A DNA stretch of 63,206 bases, filler included, from Octopus bimaculoides (lineage: Eukaryota): assembly GCF_001194135.2 (NCBI RefSeq). It is 4 parts of 4 records of this genome, joined end to end, with 100 filler letters (N's around TTAATTAATTAA, not from the genome) between each part and the next. Parts side by side here need not be neighbours in the genome. Positions count along the whole stretch, not along the records: positions 1 to 31,362 come from NC_069002.1; positions 31,463 to 52,476 come from NC_068984.1; 2 more parts are not named here. One strand, given 5' to 3'. The notes under the pieces are model-generated. The model did no database searches, was not told the origin of the DNA, and worked only from the letters and a program-made list of their open reading frames with translations. The position numbers were made by a program, and so were the translations under genes. This document shows positions 23,019 through 37,429 of the stretch, piece by piece (positions within the stretch are counted from its first letter, which is position 1; each line of letters opens with the position of its first letter).

Positions 23019-23598
23019 TGTTTGTGATTGTTCCAACCATTACATCACGATTGAACGAATGGCTGTTACAGCTGGATGGTTGTCTCTCCCTACCGCTGAT
23101 CACTCAACTGTGGAAGAGGAGGAGGAGGAGGCAGGAGAGATGTAGAGCCTTGTTTCTTTGTCAGCCAGGCAAACTGGAGTAAGCAGAGTTATGACCCTTG
23201 CTCAGCAATGCCAACAGCTTATAGAGTTAGGAAGGGATGATATTTGTGTAATACATGATATTACTGGTGCATGCATGCATGTGTGTGCATGTGTGTATTT
23301 CTAAAACACTGCATTATAATAAAAAATCATCAAATATATAAATAAACAAAGATAGCATTCACTATTTTAAGATTAATTCCTACAAATGCTTAAAGCTGTT
23401 CATCAGCTACAAGAATTTCATCAGAATGGGAGAAGACCCACAAAGGTTAGAGGCATTGCACAGCCTATCCTCACTCACACACACACACATAGTATATACA
23501 TGTATAAATATATAACACATCATTTATCTCTCACTTGATAGAATACCTTTTTGTTGATCTTACCTTAACGGAACGGTAAACTATATATATACATATAC

Positions 23599-23645
<47 letters not shown>

Positions 23646-24769
23646 NNNNNNNNNNNNNNNNNNNNNNNNNNNNNNNNNNNNNNNNNNNNNNNNNNNNNNN
23701 NNNNNNNNNNNNNNNNNNNNNNNNNNNNNNNNNNNNNNNNNNNNNNNNNNNNNNNNNNNNNNNNNNNNNNNNNNNNNNNNNNNNNNNNNNNNNNNNNNNN
23801 NNNNNNNNNNNNNNNNNNNNNNNNNNNNNNNNNNNNNNNNNNNNNNNNNNNNNNNNNNNNNNNNNNNNNNNNNNNNNNNNNNNNNNNNNNNNNNNNNNNN
23901 NNNNNNNNNNNNNNNNNNNNNNNNNNNNNNNNNNNNNNNNNNNNNNNNNNNNNNNNNNNNNNNNNNNNNNNNNNNNNNNNNNNNNNNNNNNNNNNNNNNN
24001 NNNNNNNNNNNNNNNNNNNNNNNNNNNNNNNNNNNNNNNNNNNNNNNNNNNNNNNNNNNNNNNNNNNNNNNNNNNNNNNNNNNNNNNNNNNNNNNNNNNN
24101 NNNNNNNNNNNNNNNNNNNNNNNNNNNNNNNNNNNNNNNNNNNNNNNNNNNNNNNNNNNNNNNNNNNNNNNNNNNNNNNNNNNNNNNNNNNNNNNNNNNN
24201 NNNNNNNNNNNNNNNNNNNNNNNNNNNNNNNNNNNNNNNNNNNNNNNNNNNNNNNNNNNNNNNNNNNNNNNNNNNNNNNNNNNNNNNNNNNNNNNNNNNN
24301 NNNNNNNNNNNNNNNNNNNNNNNNNNNNNNNNNNNNNNNNNNNNNNNNNNNNNNNNNNNNNNNNNNNNNNNNNNNNNNNNNNNNNNNNNNNNNNNNNNNN
24401 NNNNNNNNNNNNNNNNNNNNNNNNNNNNNNNNATGTAAATATATATCTAAATATATATATATATATATATAGATATATATCTAAATATGAAATATATATA
24501 TATATAAATATATATATAAATATATATATCTAAATATATGAATATATACACACACACACATACACACACATACAAATAAGGATAGAGTGATAGATAGATA
24601 GATAGACATAGATAATCATTGTATTGATCAGATTATTGGATGTTGTTATCCACTGCTAGTCACAATGTGCTTCCTTGCATTATTGTAGCTTTCAAATGAT
24701 GACACCCTGCCAGCTAGTCGGGCAGGCTAACATTGCCCCAGAACGGAATGCCAATTCATTGCCGGATGA

Positions 24770-24893
24770 CCCATTTACAGCCGAGTGGACTGGAGCAATG
24801 TGAAATGAAGTGCTTTGCTCAAGAACACAATGTACCGCCAGTTTGGAAATCAAAACCATTACCATGTGATCATGAGTGGAACACTCTAACCAT
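24770..24893 (-). mobile_element. SINE family E, diverged head
   Basis: GAGTGGACTGGAGCAATGTGAAATGAAGTGCTTTGCTCAAGAACACAA. Confidence 0.7.
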
Positions 24894-25000
24894 TATGTGT
24901 GTGTGTGTGTGTGTGTGTATGTGTGTGTGTGTGNNNNNNNNNNTTACTCAGTATTACCTGTATCTTTGGGTTTGGTTGAATCCAATGCCCTTCATAACCT

Positions 25001-25044
<44 letters not shown>

Positions 25045-25387
25045 TTAGCAAAGAATTTGAATCAAACTGTTTGATCCATACATATGTGTGTATGTGTTCG
25101 AAACGCTTAATTTTAGAATGAGGGCAGCTGATGAAGGAAATGTTCTCTGTGGCCTGTGTGTTTTCTGTGCTCTGTTTATGTTCTCATTTTGCCCACGTTT
25201 TCTTGTGACGTCCTGTACCCAGATATGCATCTATATACACATGTAGATGTAGGTATGTACATACATGTATGTATATATGCATATACTCTCATTTTATTTG
25301 TGTTATTATTAGTATAATTATATATATATATATATTTGAAGAAAAGCAACATATATATATAGTATATATATATAGTATATATACAGT

Positions 25388-26325
25388 ATGCTCCGTTGGA
25401 TGTGTAATGTCAATGTGAATACCCGTCAGAGTGTAAGTATCTTGAGAGAAAAGCTGAACATTAGAAGCATCAGTTGTGGCGTGCAAGAGAGACGATTGCG
25501 CTGGTATGGACATGTGGTGAGAATGGAGGAGGATAGCTGCGTGAAAAAGTGCCACACCCTAACAGTTGAGGGAACCCGTGGAAGAGGTAGGCCCAGGAAG
25601 ACCTGGGCTGAGGTGGTGAGGCAAGACCTTCGTACATTGGGCCTCACCGAGGCGATGACTACGGACCGAGACCTTTGGAAATGGGCTGTGCGTGAGAAGA
25701 CCCGGCAAGCCAAGTAAGATCGTTGCCAGTGCCCCTGGACTGGTTCTTGTGCGGTTGGCACATNNNNNNNNNNNNNNNNNNNNNNNNNNNNNNNNNNNNN
25801 NNNNNNNNNNNNNNNNNNNNNNNNNNNNNNNNNNNNNNNNNNNNNNNNNNNNNNNNNNNNNNNNNNNNNNNNNNNNNNNNNNNNNNNNNNNNNNNNNNNN
25901 NNNNNNNNNNNNNNNNNNNNNNNNNNNNNNNNNNNNNNNNNNNNNNNNNNNNNNNNNNNNNNNNNNNNNNNNNNNNNNNNNNNNNNNNNNNNNNNNNNNN
26001 NNNNNNNNNNNNNNNNNNNNNNNNNNNNNNNNNNNNNNNNNNNNNNNNNNNNNNNNNNNNNNNNNNNNNNNNNNNNNNNNNNNNNNNNNNNNNNNNNNNN
26101 NNNNNNNNNNNNNNNNNNNNNNNNNTTTTCGTGCGGGTGACACGTAAAAGCACCCACTACACTCTCTGAGTGGTTGGCGTTAGGAAGGGCATCCAGCTGT
26201 AGAAACTCTGCCAAATCAGACTGGAGCCTGGTGTTGCCATCCGGTTTCACCAGTCCTCAGTCAAATCGTCCAACCCATGCTAGCATGGAAAGCGGACGTT
26301 AAACGATGATGATGATGATGATGAT
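25388..26325 (+). mobile_element. 5'-truncated RTE-clade LINE: ORF C-terminus, 3'UTR and (GAT)n tail, with internal N gap
   Basis: ORF ...QERRLRWYGHVVRMEEDSCVKKCHTLTVEGTRGRGRPRKTW is the typical RTE C-terminal signature. Stop at 25717. 3'UTR ends GGAAAGCGGACGTTAAAC(GAT)7. Confidence 0.9.
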
Positions 26326-27542
26326 AACCATTATTATAATTATTATTATTATTATGGTAATAATTATCTCAATACATATTTATAATCATCTTGTCATTAG
26401 TTCGTTCATCCATAGATAGAGAGATAGACACGTACACACATATATATGTGTATGTTACCATGTACAAAGTGATATAGCACTTACCGATCATTGGATAAAA
26501 TATATATTGTTATGGTGCTAACACTTGGATTGGCTTACAACATGGCATTACCCCAAACTATAGGATTCTAAACCTACAAAATATCATCACTGCTGCTGTT
26601 TTCTCTATTGTCAAGATATGGATTTCTTTAGCATTGGCAAAAGACCACAAATTTTGGTGGTGGTGGTGGAGGGATACAGAGTCAATCAAATCAACATCAC
26701 CAGTACACATCTGGTATTACTTACTTTGTCAGCTCTTGGATGCGAAGTTGACCCAGTGGAATACTGAAGTCAGGAAAGAGAGATGGGGAAGGAGAGAAGG
26801 ATGAGAGGAAGATAAGAGGTGGAGGATGGAGAGAGAGGAAGTGAAACTAAATTTACCAGGAGGTAATTTAGTCTGACACTTCAATGTTTTCTGGCAATAT
26901 TGCAGATGACCACATAGCTGTAAAGTGCTCCCACCCACCCATCCACCCAGCCTGTCTCTTTGTTGTTTGACAGCTACTTTCACCATAGCACCACCAAGAA
27001 CTAACATGGCCTTCAAATTACATCCTGGCAAAGGAGGAACATGTTAGAGGATGTAGTCTCAGATATGTAATGTTCAAAAATAGGAAGGAGTGGTCATTGT
27101 TGGAGTTCCTTTGATTGTAGGTATGCTGGGTTGATGCTGGTCAAACAACAACAACAATAACCACATACTAAGAAGGGGCTCTAAATAAGCATTCAATCTG
27201 CAAGAAATAGCACTCAAATCTCCCTTGTATCATAAGCTCCAGTTTTAGAACAGAAAAAAAAAATTCTGTAATATATTCTCATATACACTGAATAAAAGAT
27301 GGGATTGTGAAGCTGGAACATTTTTTGATAATAAATTTAAAGATTTAAAGGGTCAGATCTGACCTAGGGTTAAACAACATTTGAGAACCAAGATGATAGT
27401 TGTGGCATGAGACTGGGTGCCAAGTTAAGTCCTTACCTAAATAAAATGATAATATCCTGTTTAAGAGAAGAGTTGAATAAATTAAATACAGAGTTTATAA
27501 GCCACAATATCATTTAAGGCCACAATGTGTATGAGTGTGTGT

Positions 27543-27577
<35 letters not shown>

Positions 27578-28377
27578 AATTAAACATTAGGGTAAAAAAT
27601 TGGATATTAATTAATATCAATTAATTAATAGGTAACAAGCACATTAAAAGAATCAGGGAGATTCAGAAAAAATATCTGAGATCTCAAGGATTATTGTATA
27701 TGTATATANNNNNNNNNNNNNNNNNNNNNNNNNNNNNNNNNNNNNNNNNNNNNNNNNNNNNNNNNNNNNNNNNNNNNNNNNNNNNNNNNNNNNNNNNNNN
27801 NNNNNNNNNNNNNNNNNNNNNNNNNNNNNNNNNNNNNNNNNNNNNNNNNNNNNNNNNNNNNNNNNTATATATATATATATATATATGATGGGAATTCCTA
27901 GTGTTCCAGGAAAGTGAACATTGGATGGTGAACGAATGCAGACTGTTACACACACAATACAGCCACACACATGCACACACACACACACCGATCTGTAATC
28001 AAAAGTAAAGTTGTCCAGAGGTAAGTGCGACAGACTGAAAGTTAAATATATGGGGAGAAGATAATTCACTACCTTATCCTTTGGGCCATCCCAACTCCCT
28101 CCTCGTTGTATGCGTGAGAGCACACGAAAGATAAACACGCACATATATATATATATATATTCGAGAGAGGGGAAAGATGCACACACACACTTGCATGTAT
28201 GCTTAAGTGTCTATACACACATACATATATTTATATATATATATATTTGATTAATAAATTCAAAAAAGGATTAAAATCTTTTACAAGAATTTTATCAGGT
28301 AGTCAGTGTGTAAAAAAAATTCATAAGGGAAATTTCTATTCCCGAGAATATAATTATTCGTTTATATTTATATAAGG

Positions 28378-28453
28378 GCATTACTACAGAATAATGCCAC
28401 ACAACTGTGTTTATTTGGGAAGTCTGTTGTGTGGCATTATTCTGTAGTAATGC
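28378..28453. repeat. Perfect 28-bp inverted repeat with 20-nt loop, abutting a gap
   Basis: GCATTACTACAGAATAATGCCACACAAC (28378-28405) and its exact reverse complement (28426-28453). Confidence 0.9.
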
Positions 28454-29398
28454 NNNNNNNNNNNNNNNNNNNNNNNNNNNNNNNNNNNNNNNNNNNNNNN
28501 NNNNNNNNNNNNNNNNNNNNNNNNNNNNNNNNNNNNNNNNNNNNNNNNNNNNNNNNNNNNNNNNNNNNNNNNNNNNNNNNNNNNNNNNNNNNNNNNNNNN
28601 NNNNNNNNNNNNNNNNNNNNNNNNNNNNNNNNNNNNNNNNNNNNNNNNNNNNNNNNNNNNNNNNNNNNNNNNNNNNNNNNNNNNNNNNNNNNNNNNNNNN
28701 NNNNNNNNNNNNNNNNNNNNNNNNNNNNNNNNNNNNNNNNNNNNNNNNNNNNNNNNNNNNNNNNNNNNNNNNNNNNNNNNNNNNNNNNNNNNNNNNNNNN
28801 NNNNNNNNNNNNNNNNNNNNNNNNNNNNNNNNNNNNNNNNNNNNNNNNNNNNNNNNNNNNNNNNNNNNNNNNNNNNNNNNNNNNNNNNNNNNNNNNNNNN
28901 NNNNNNNNNNNNNNNNNNNNNNNNNNNNNNNNNNNNNNNNNNNNNNNNNNNNNNNNNNNNNNNNNNNNNNNNNNNNNNNNNNNNNNNNNNNNNNNNNNNN
29001 NNNNNNNNNNNNNNNNNNNNNNNNNNNNNNNNNNNNNNNNNNNNNNNNNNNNNNNNNNNNNNNNNNNNNNNNNNNNNNNNNNNNNNNNNNNNNNNNNNNN
29101 NNNNNNNNNNNNNNNNNNNNNNNNNNNNNNNNNNNNNNNNNNNNNNNNNNNNNNNNNNNNNNNNNNNNNNNNNNNNNNNNNNNNNNNNNNNNNNNNNNNN
29201 NNNNNNNNNNNNNNNNNNNNNNNNNNNNNNNNNNNNNNNNNNNNNNNNNNNNNNNNNNNNNNNNNNNNNNNNNNNNNNNNNNNNNNNNNNNNNNNNNNNN
29301 NNNNNNNNNNNNNNNNNNNNNNNNNNNNNNNNNNNNNNNNNNNNNNNNNNNNNNNNNNNNNNNNNNNNNNNNNNNNNNNNNNNNNNNNNNNNNNNNNN

Positions 29399-29489
<91 letters not shown>

Positions 29490-30130
29490 TACATTCACAT
29501 GCATATATACCTACACATATATTCCTATATACTCTTCACTTCTAAGAAATTCAATTTAAAACTACTTCTGCTTGCAGTACATATGGACGGTTTATTTTAA
29601 TACTATATGGGAGAAGAAGAAGAAGGGGAAAAAACAGCAATAATGGCATCGGTTTCTAATTTGGACACAAGGCCGACAATCTCGAGGAGTCGGATTAGTA
29701 GGTGCTACTGTCCCTCTCCCCCACCCCACACCTGGCCCTGGAAGAGTGAACGGCAAGAATCTGAACTCATAACAAAGAACGAGAACAAATACAACAAGGC
29801 ATTTTGTTCACCACAGTACTGATTCTCCTAATCCACTGCCCCACCACTACTACTACTACTACTACTCTTTTTATTGGTATTAAGCATTGGATTATGGACG
29901 TGCTAGGTAGGGCACTGCCTTCTAGGGGGGAATAGCTGATTAAAATAAGCCTTAGTAGTTTATGTTATTGACTGCAATTTGAACTTGGAGGGGAAGGATG
30001 AAAGACTTAGTGGGCTTGGGTGGGAGTAGTAGTAGCCAGAGCAGAAAGGGACAAAAATACCATAAGGTATTTATTTTATCCAACACTAACAATTCTACCA
30101 TTCACTGTGCTTATATGGTGAAGCTGCTCC

Positions 30131-30288
<158 letters not shown>

Positions 30289-31252
30289 ATCTACAAATGC
30301 ACTCAAGCCAAAATTTGTTTACAATATTGAACATTCATTTTATGTTTCAAAAATATCTCGAATTTTATCAGACATGAAAGACAGCTGTGTTTATACAGAA
30401 CCAATGGAAAATATTTTGTTTACATGAAGACTGTGTGCGTGAGTGTTATTTTTAATCAGCAGGAGTTACAAAGCGGCTCCAAGGGCCGAGCGATTCATTC
30501 GTGGCCACTGAGTGGAACTCTGTGACTTCTTACGATTAAAACCAATGATTGCAAAATTTTGGCACAATGCCAGCAATTTTGGTTGCCAAGCAATGATTGA
30601 GGAGGACAAGCGCAAACACACATACACACAGATATATATCATGCGGTGGGACTGAACCCAATACCATATAGTTGTAAAGTGAGCTATTAAACCACACAGA
30701 CATGCTGACACCTCCATTCTGCATCTTTACACAAGAGAAACTGAACAAAACAAAAATGTTAAGCTGACATAACCTATCAACAAATCAGCCTTTAGGTACA
30801 CTTCCAAAAACAAGAAGATTAGAAAAAGTCTTTAACTTGAAAAACAAGCGAGGGTTAATGACAGGAAAGGCATACCGGCTTAAAACAATGCCTCAGCAGG
30901 TATTCACCCAACCCATGCTAGCATGGAAAAACAGACATAAAACGAATGAACAAACTAAAATAACACACATTTTCATTATTAAACTGGTTTAGAACATAAC
31001 ATATTCTCATACAAACTATGTTTGGAACATTTCAATTTTGGTACGAAGGGCTTTTTTTTTTTTCCACTTTTCATTTTTGTTTTTTGTTTTTGTTCCAGAA
31101 CTAAGAGAATTCATAAACTGGTTGGTGTCAAAAGGGTTAAAAGTGGAATTTTGCCATTGAAGAAAAAAAAAAAAAAATTCCCCAAAATAAATGGTTAATT
31201 TGAAAATTCTATTTTTACCATTCCCCTCTCTAGATTCTTTTCATCTACCCGA

Positions 31253-31289
<37 letters not shown>

Positions 31290-31362
31290 TCCAATTATTA
31301 GTTTATTGTTGATACTTATCAAACTTTTTATTAAATTGTTGTTCACCTATATTATTTTTCAG

Positions 31363-31462
31363 NNNNNNNNNNNNNNNNNNNNNNNNNNNNNNNNNNNNNN
31401 NNNNNNTTAATTAATTAANNNNNNNNNNNNNNNNNNNNNNNNNNNNNNNNNNNNNNNNNNNN
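31363..31462. other. Artificial scaffold-join spacer N44-TTAATTAATTAA-N44
   Basis: Exactly 100 bp; the 12-mer has stops in all six frames; identical at three sites. Confidence 0.9.
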
Positions 31463-32812
31463 ACACACACACACACACAAATCCACTGAAGTCTTTGACG
31501 GCGTGAAGCTATAATGCAAGACACTTTCCGATGGTGCCACGCAGTCGAACTGAACCTGGAAGCATATAGTTGTATATATGTGCTTATACGAAATTCACTC
31601 ACAAAGAATTGTGTAGGCCCTAGGTGATAGCACTTGACCAAGGTGCCATGCAACAGAACTGAACTAAAAACCAGGTGGTTGCAAAGCGAGCTTCTTAACT
31701 ACGATGGGATGTGAATGATGTCAGTGAACGCACGTGTTTCGTTGTCGTTTCAGTGCAACGCCTAAGCAAACCTAATATATATTAGATATTGCACATCAAA
31801 AATTCATTTTAAGAGAGAAGGCATTGTGGGAAAACCAAAATATTAAATTAATGTAGCTATTCCCGCAACACTATTTACAAACAGAATGAAGAATTTTGAG
31901 TTCATCTCGAACAGAAAAATTATCTATAGTACGCTTCTTTGCAGTTCTAAATTCAATATAAATTATCTTGCCCCAATATTCTACATCAGTCCGTTGATCT
32001 ATTGTGTAGATCTGACCTCAGATTGCAGAAATTAAGTACACGGGCTTCACACATGCACAGTTATTCAGTGAATAAATCTTCCGATTATTTGAGTTGGTAA
32101 ATAAAGATAAAGTCTTTCGGAGGTCAAGTTGAAAGATTATGAAACAGTTTTGTGTTTTCCTTACAACTTTCGATACATACATACACACATACATACATAC
32201 ATGCATTCATATATGTGTGTGTATATATATATATATATATATNNNNNNNNNNNNNNNNNNNNNNNNNNNNNNNNNNNNNNNNNNNNNNNNNNNNNNNNNN
32301 NNNNNNNNNNNNNNNNNNNNNNNNNNNNNNNNNNNNNNNNNNNNNNNNNNNNNNNNNNNNNNNNNNNNNNNNNNNNNNNNNNNNNNNNNNNNNNNNNNNN
32401 NNNNNNNNNNNNNNNNNNNNNNNNNNNNNNNNNNNNNNNNNNNNNNNNNNNNNNNNNNNNNNNNNNNNNNNNNNNNNNNNNNNNNNNNNNNNNNNNNNNN
32501 NNNNNNNNNNNNNNNNNNNNNNNNNNNNNNNNNNNNNNNNNNNNNNNNNNNNNNNNNNNNNNNNNNNNNNNNNNNNNNNNNNNNNNNNNNNNNNNNNNNN
32601 NNNNNNNNNNNNNNNNNNNNNNNNNNNNNNNNNNNNNNNNNNNNNNNNNNNNNNNNNNNNNNNNNNNNNNNNNNNNNNNATATATATATACATATGTATG
32701 TATATATACATATGCATGTATATATACATATGCATGTATGTATGTATTTGCCTATCTATCTATCTATCTATATATCTATCTGTCTATCTATTTGAATGCA
32801 TGTGTACAGATA

Positions 32813-32849
<37 letters not shown>

Positions 32850-32852
<3 letters not shown>

Positions 32853-33147
32853 TGGCGGACTGGATCTAAAAATATTGGTTGCCAGGAGACTATAAGGTGG
32901 ACCACCCGCAACTACAATGCTATCATTTAATTCTTTTTGTTTGTTTGTTGAAAGTATTCTTTTCAACTGTCTACAAACACAGCCAGGCTGAAATAATTAA
33001 TGCATTCTTCGAGGAGTGAATAAAAAAAATCTCAAACTTGAGAGGATGGGCCCCTTAGATACTAACACGGGCCCCATATATGAATTCTAATGGCGCAGGG
33101 GCCCACTTGCCATCGGACAAACTGGCAACCTGGCCAGTCCGCCACTG
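32850..33147. mobile_element. hAT-type MITE
   Basis: Perfect 14-bp TIR CAGTGGCGGACTGG / CCAGTCCGCCACTG; TATATATA on both sides (8-bp TSD within a TA tract). Confidence 0.88.
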
Positions 33148-33369
33148 TATATATATATGCACAACAACAATATTATTGACAGTGACTTCGAAGCTCCAGC
33201 CAGTTCAGCCAGGCCTAACTCCGAAATCACTCTCAGTAATATTCTTGTTTAAGGATCATAAATTTGTATTCTACAAAAATTCAGAGTAAACCATCAGATT
33301 AGTGTAAAATTGTTTTTATAATAAAACTGAACATAAAGATAAACATTAGCGCGCGCGCACACACACACA

Positions 33370-33429
<60 letters not shown>

Positions 33430-33444
33430 CACTCTCTCTCTCTT

Positions 33445-33885
33445 TTATTGTTTTACTTGTTTCAGTCATTTGACTGTGGCCATGCTGGAGCACCACCTTC
33501 AGTCGAGCAAATCNNNNNNNNNNGCTGGAGCACCACCTTCAGTCGAGCAAATCGCCCCTAGGACTTATTCTTTGTAAGCCTAGTACTTATTCTATTGGTG
33601 TTTTTTGCCGAACCGCTAAGTTACTGAGACGTAAACACACCACCATCGGTTGTCAAGTGATGTTGGGGGGACAAACACAGACACAAACAAATATACATAC
33701 ATACATATATAGACATATATGCGACGGGCTTCTTTCAGTTTCCGTCTACCAAATCCACTCACAAGGCTTTGGTCGGCCCGAGGCTATAGTAGAAGACATT
33801 TGCCCAAGGTGCCACGCAGTTGGAATGAACCCGGAACCATGTGGTTGGTAGGCAAGCTACTTACCACACAGCCACTCTTGCGCCT
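33445..33885 (-). mobile_element. SINE family A, full length
   Basis: Similar to 18541-19003; 10-N gap with a duplicated 30-mer inside. Confidence 0.85.
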
Positions 33886-33920
33886 ATAAAATATTTTTCG
33901 GTGTTTATATACATATATAT

Positions 33921-34083
33921 GTATAGGAGTGGCTATGTGGTAAGAAGCTTGCTTCCCACCCACATGGTTCCGAGTTCAGTCCCACTGCGTGGTACATTGG
34001 GCAACTGTCTTCTACTATAGCCTCGGGCCGACCAGAGCCTTGTGAGTGAATTTGGTAGACGGAAACTGAAAGAAGCCCGTCGC
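33921..34083 (+). mobile_element. SINE family A, 5' half, head-to-head with the previous copy
   Basis: Reverse complement of 33721-33885. Confidence 0.85.
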
Positions 34084-35329
34084 ATGTTTGTATATAATAA
34101 TATAAATATATAGATATATGCATATATCTATCTATATATGTACATACCTACATCTATATGTATACATACATGCATATATGGGTACAGGACATAAAAAAAA
34201 CGTTAAACACAATGAGAAACGAAAAACGAAAACAGAAAACGAACTTCTTTTGAACAACGAAAAAAACAGTGAAATGAGACATGCAACATAAAGAGTATAT
34301 CCCTTCGTCAGTTGTCCCTGTCCATCTACTCCGCGTTTATATATATGCATGTATGNNNNNNNNNNNNNNNNNNNNNNNNNNNNNNNNNNNNNNNNNNNNN
34401 NNNNNNNNNNNNNNNNNNNNNNNNNNNNNNNNNNNNNNNNNNNNNNNNNNNNNNNNNNNNNNNNNNNNNNNNNNNNNNNNNNNNNNNNNNNNNNNNNNNN
34501 NNNNNNNNNNNNNNNNNNNNNNNNNNNNNNNNNNNNNNNNNNNNNNNNNNNNNNNNNNNNNNNNNNNNNNATTGTTTCAGTTAGTGGAATAGTTTCATTT
34601 TTAAAGTGAAAGTATTTGACATGAGTGTTTTTGTTTCACCTTTGACACTTAATACTTAAATAGTGGAGATATTATGTTGCCGTGTGCTCGAACTCTGCAA
34701 GAAGTTAATAATTATTTTTGACTAAAACATAACTGGAACCCTAAGTAAGGCATGTGTAAAATTTGAATGAAATTGGTTGCGTAGTTCTCGAGTTTTAGGG
34801 ATTCACACAGACAGACAGACAGACAGACAGACACACATTCTCATTTTTATATATATAGATATACACACATATATACACACTCACACACAAACACACACAC
34901 ACATACACACACACACACACATATATATATACGGGGAGAGAGAGAGAGAAATGAATAGAGAAAGAGGAGGAGACAGAGAGACTAAAAGACGTGTGTGTGT
35001 TTGGTACACCTCTCTCTCTCTCTCTGAGTAGGCCAATGGACTTCGCAGACCGTAACAAATAACAACCAGACGTATATACGTGTGTGTATGTATGTATCAA
35101 TGTGTGTACGTATGCCTGTGTGTGTATGTTTGTATGAATGTATAAGTATACAACCCCCACTTTTCATCACCACTGCTTGTTTTTCTTGTCTTTTCTCTTG
35201 AAGTTGTTCTTATTTTCATTGTCTTATTTTCATTGCATGCACTGAAGTATAGCAAAACTAAAATCATACGGAAATTCCATGCTGTTTACTTCGTTTTATA
35301 CTTCGAGAATATATTTTGGGGCACCGCAC

Positions 35330-35520
35330 TGAAGAATTTCTAGTTGAATGAATCGATCCTAGTACTTTTCTTTTTAAGCCTGGTACTTATTTTTATCGAA
35401 CTCTCTTGTCGACCCCGAAAAGATGAAAGGTAAAGTTGACCTCGGTGGAATTTGAATTCAGAACGTAAAGGCGGACGAAATGCCGCTAAGTATTTTGCCT
35501 GGCATGCAAGCGATTCTTAC
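35330..35520 (-). mobile_element. SINE family B, diverged
   Basis: CCCGAAAAGATGAAAGGTAAAGTTGACCTCGGTGGAATTTGAATTCAG matches the reversed core. Confidence 0.7.
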
Positions 35521-36479
35521 ATTTCTCTATAATGTTAAGCAGTAGGATCGAACTCGGAATCTCGTGAAAAATGGTGAAGGAATGAGGAAATAAGAAGACG
35601 AAGTGAATTATGCTTTGTAACTTCCTGTCTCATGTTTCTAACTACACATTCTACATAAGATGGTGTTTACTTATTTCCTTTTGATTTAATTTAGATGGAC
35701 TTTGAATATTATCTGGTGATGTTATCAATAGTCGTTATTTCCGATAAGGCTGACTACCGAAAGGACTTTATACGAAGATAAACAAGTATAGTTTTCTGCA
35801 ATTCTATAAAAACGAAGTATAGTTAAAATGACACTTTAATTTCTACATTCTTTGAATGATTTCGTGGTTGTGAAGCGACGTTTTTAACCATTTAGCCTTA
35901 CTGCGCCTACGAAATGACTAATAGATTAATAAATAACTTTACAAAAACCTATTTAAGAAGAGTAAATAAAAAGTCTATTAAAAAAAATAGAGATATAACA
36001 AGTCTAGCAGAATAAATTATATTATCAATACGGTAGTAGTTATATCTAATGGTTCTGGTACAAGTTTTAAGAGTGAATAATCAACTAATAATTCATATCT
36101 AAAATTGAGTAGATTCGTTTTTGAAAAGCAGCAGTTTGAATGTCGCCAAAACAATTATATTTTAAAGGCAAAGCATAAAAGATGAATTTTAAACAAATCA
36201 GAGCCAATAACAGAATGCATTAAGCAAACAATATGTGGAGTCTATTGTGAATTAGTTAATTGTATAGTTACTTTAGTTGGCCCTCGAGCTGTGTTCTGTT
36301 GCAAACAGCTTGTTTCACTTCAGTAGTAAAATTTTATTGGAGTGATTTTACTCTATTTTTGCCTTTATTTTGTTACTTAACTGGGACTTTATTATGTTAT
36401 TGGAGTCAAGGATGAATGAAACAGTTGCCGTTAATTGACAGTAATACGCACATTATCTATCTGTCTGTTTGTTGCTCTC

Positions 36480-36675
<196 letters not shown>

Positions 36676-36685
36676 TCAAGATATA

Positions 36686-37380
36686 CAGGGTGATCCAAAA
36701 AATGTATACACACATAGAATGATTATTAAGTCATTGTTTATTGAAATAAATTTCATATTCAAAATTTAATTGGAGCTGCAGAGATAATAAAATTTTTATG
36801 AACGCTGGTTTTCAAACTGACGATCTTTCTGGTTTATGCACTGCTGATAACACGAAGCAATCGAATCACAAACATCAAGAAGTCTTTCGTTCGGTCATCG
36901 TGCACAAACGCCCCCAATTAAATGACTGGTTTTGATACCGTAGACTTCATCTTTTAAGCATACAAATAAAAAGTCTAGCAGTGGAGGTCCAGCAAATCCA
37001 GAGGGTTCATCCAATCCACCTGTTTGTCAAAATCTTATCGAGGTAGGCCTTTACATTACTGTGGTAGTGTGGGGTGTCCCGTCTAACTGGAAATAAAACT
37101 CCACATCTTCAAAGTTTTCTTAAATGAATGACATAATAGATTGCTGCACCAAGTTCAAGTAAATAGGATCGGTCACAGTAACATGAAAAAGAATGGACCA
37201 ATTAATGCTTTTCATGATAAACCATACCCAGTAAATCAACATGATGTTCCTCCATAATATGCGGATTCTCAGGTCCTCAGTAAGTACAATTGTGGTGGTT
37301 AAATGCGCTATTTAATTTAAATGTTGCTCATCGTTCCAAACAATCTTTGTTGGAAAGTGTGTCAAGTATCACTCGCAAAA
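36686..37380 (-). mobile_element. Second DD41D-like remnant (3' part)
   Basis: TA-CAGGGTG terminus at 36684-36692. Minus-strand remnants WNDE, FYFQLDGTPH..NVKAYLD..L.NRWIG. Confidence 0.6.
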
Positions 37381-37429
37381 CTCAACTCTTTGGTTCAGAC
37401 AATACCATGATGACATTTTCGGACAACTG

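Noticed and set aside
23040-23145. EEEEEEAGEM-ending ORF as an exon
   Set aside because: Driven by a (GAG)n run after a TG microsatellite; no convincing splice sites or homology.
25095-25260. GAAAC...CTGATGA order suggesting a type II hammerhead (related minus-strand copy at ~34150-34350, CTGACGA at 34311-34305)
   Set aside because: No stem I hairpin or proper UH site in either copy; kept only as an unclassified dispersed repeat.
31407-31418. TTAATTAATTAA as a conserved element or piggyBac site
   Set aside because: Always centred in an exact 100-bp N spacer; assembly linker.
33485-33553. 30-bp tandem duplication inside a SINE
   Set aside because: The copies flank a 10-N gap; typical unmerged contig overlap.
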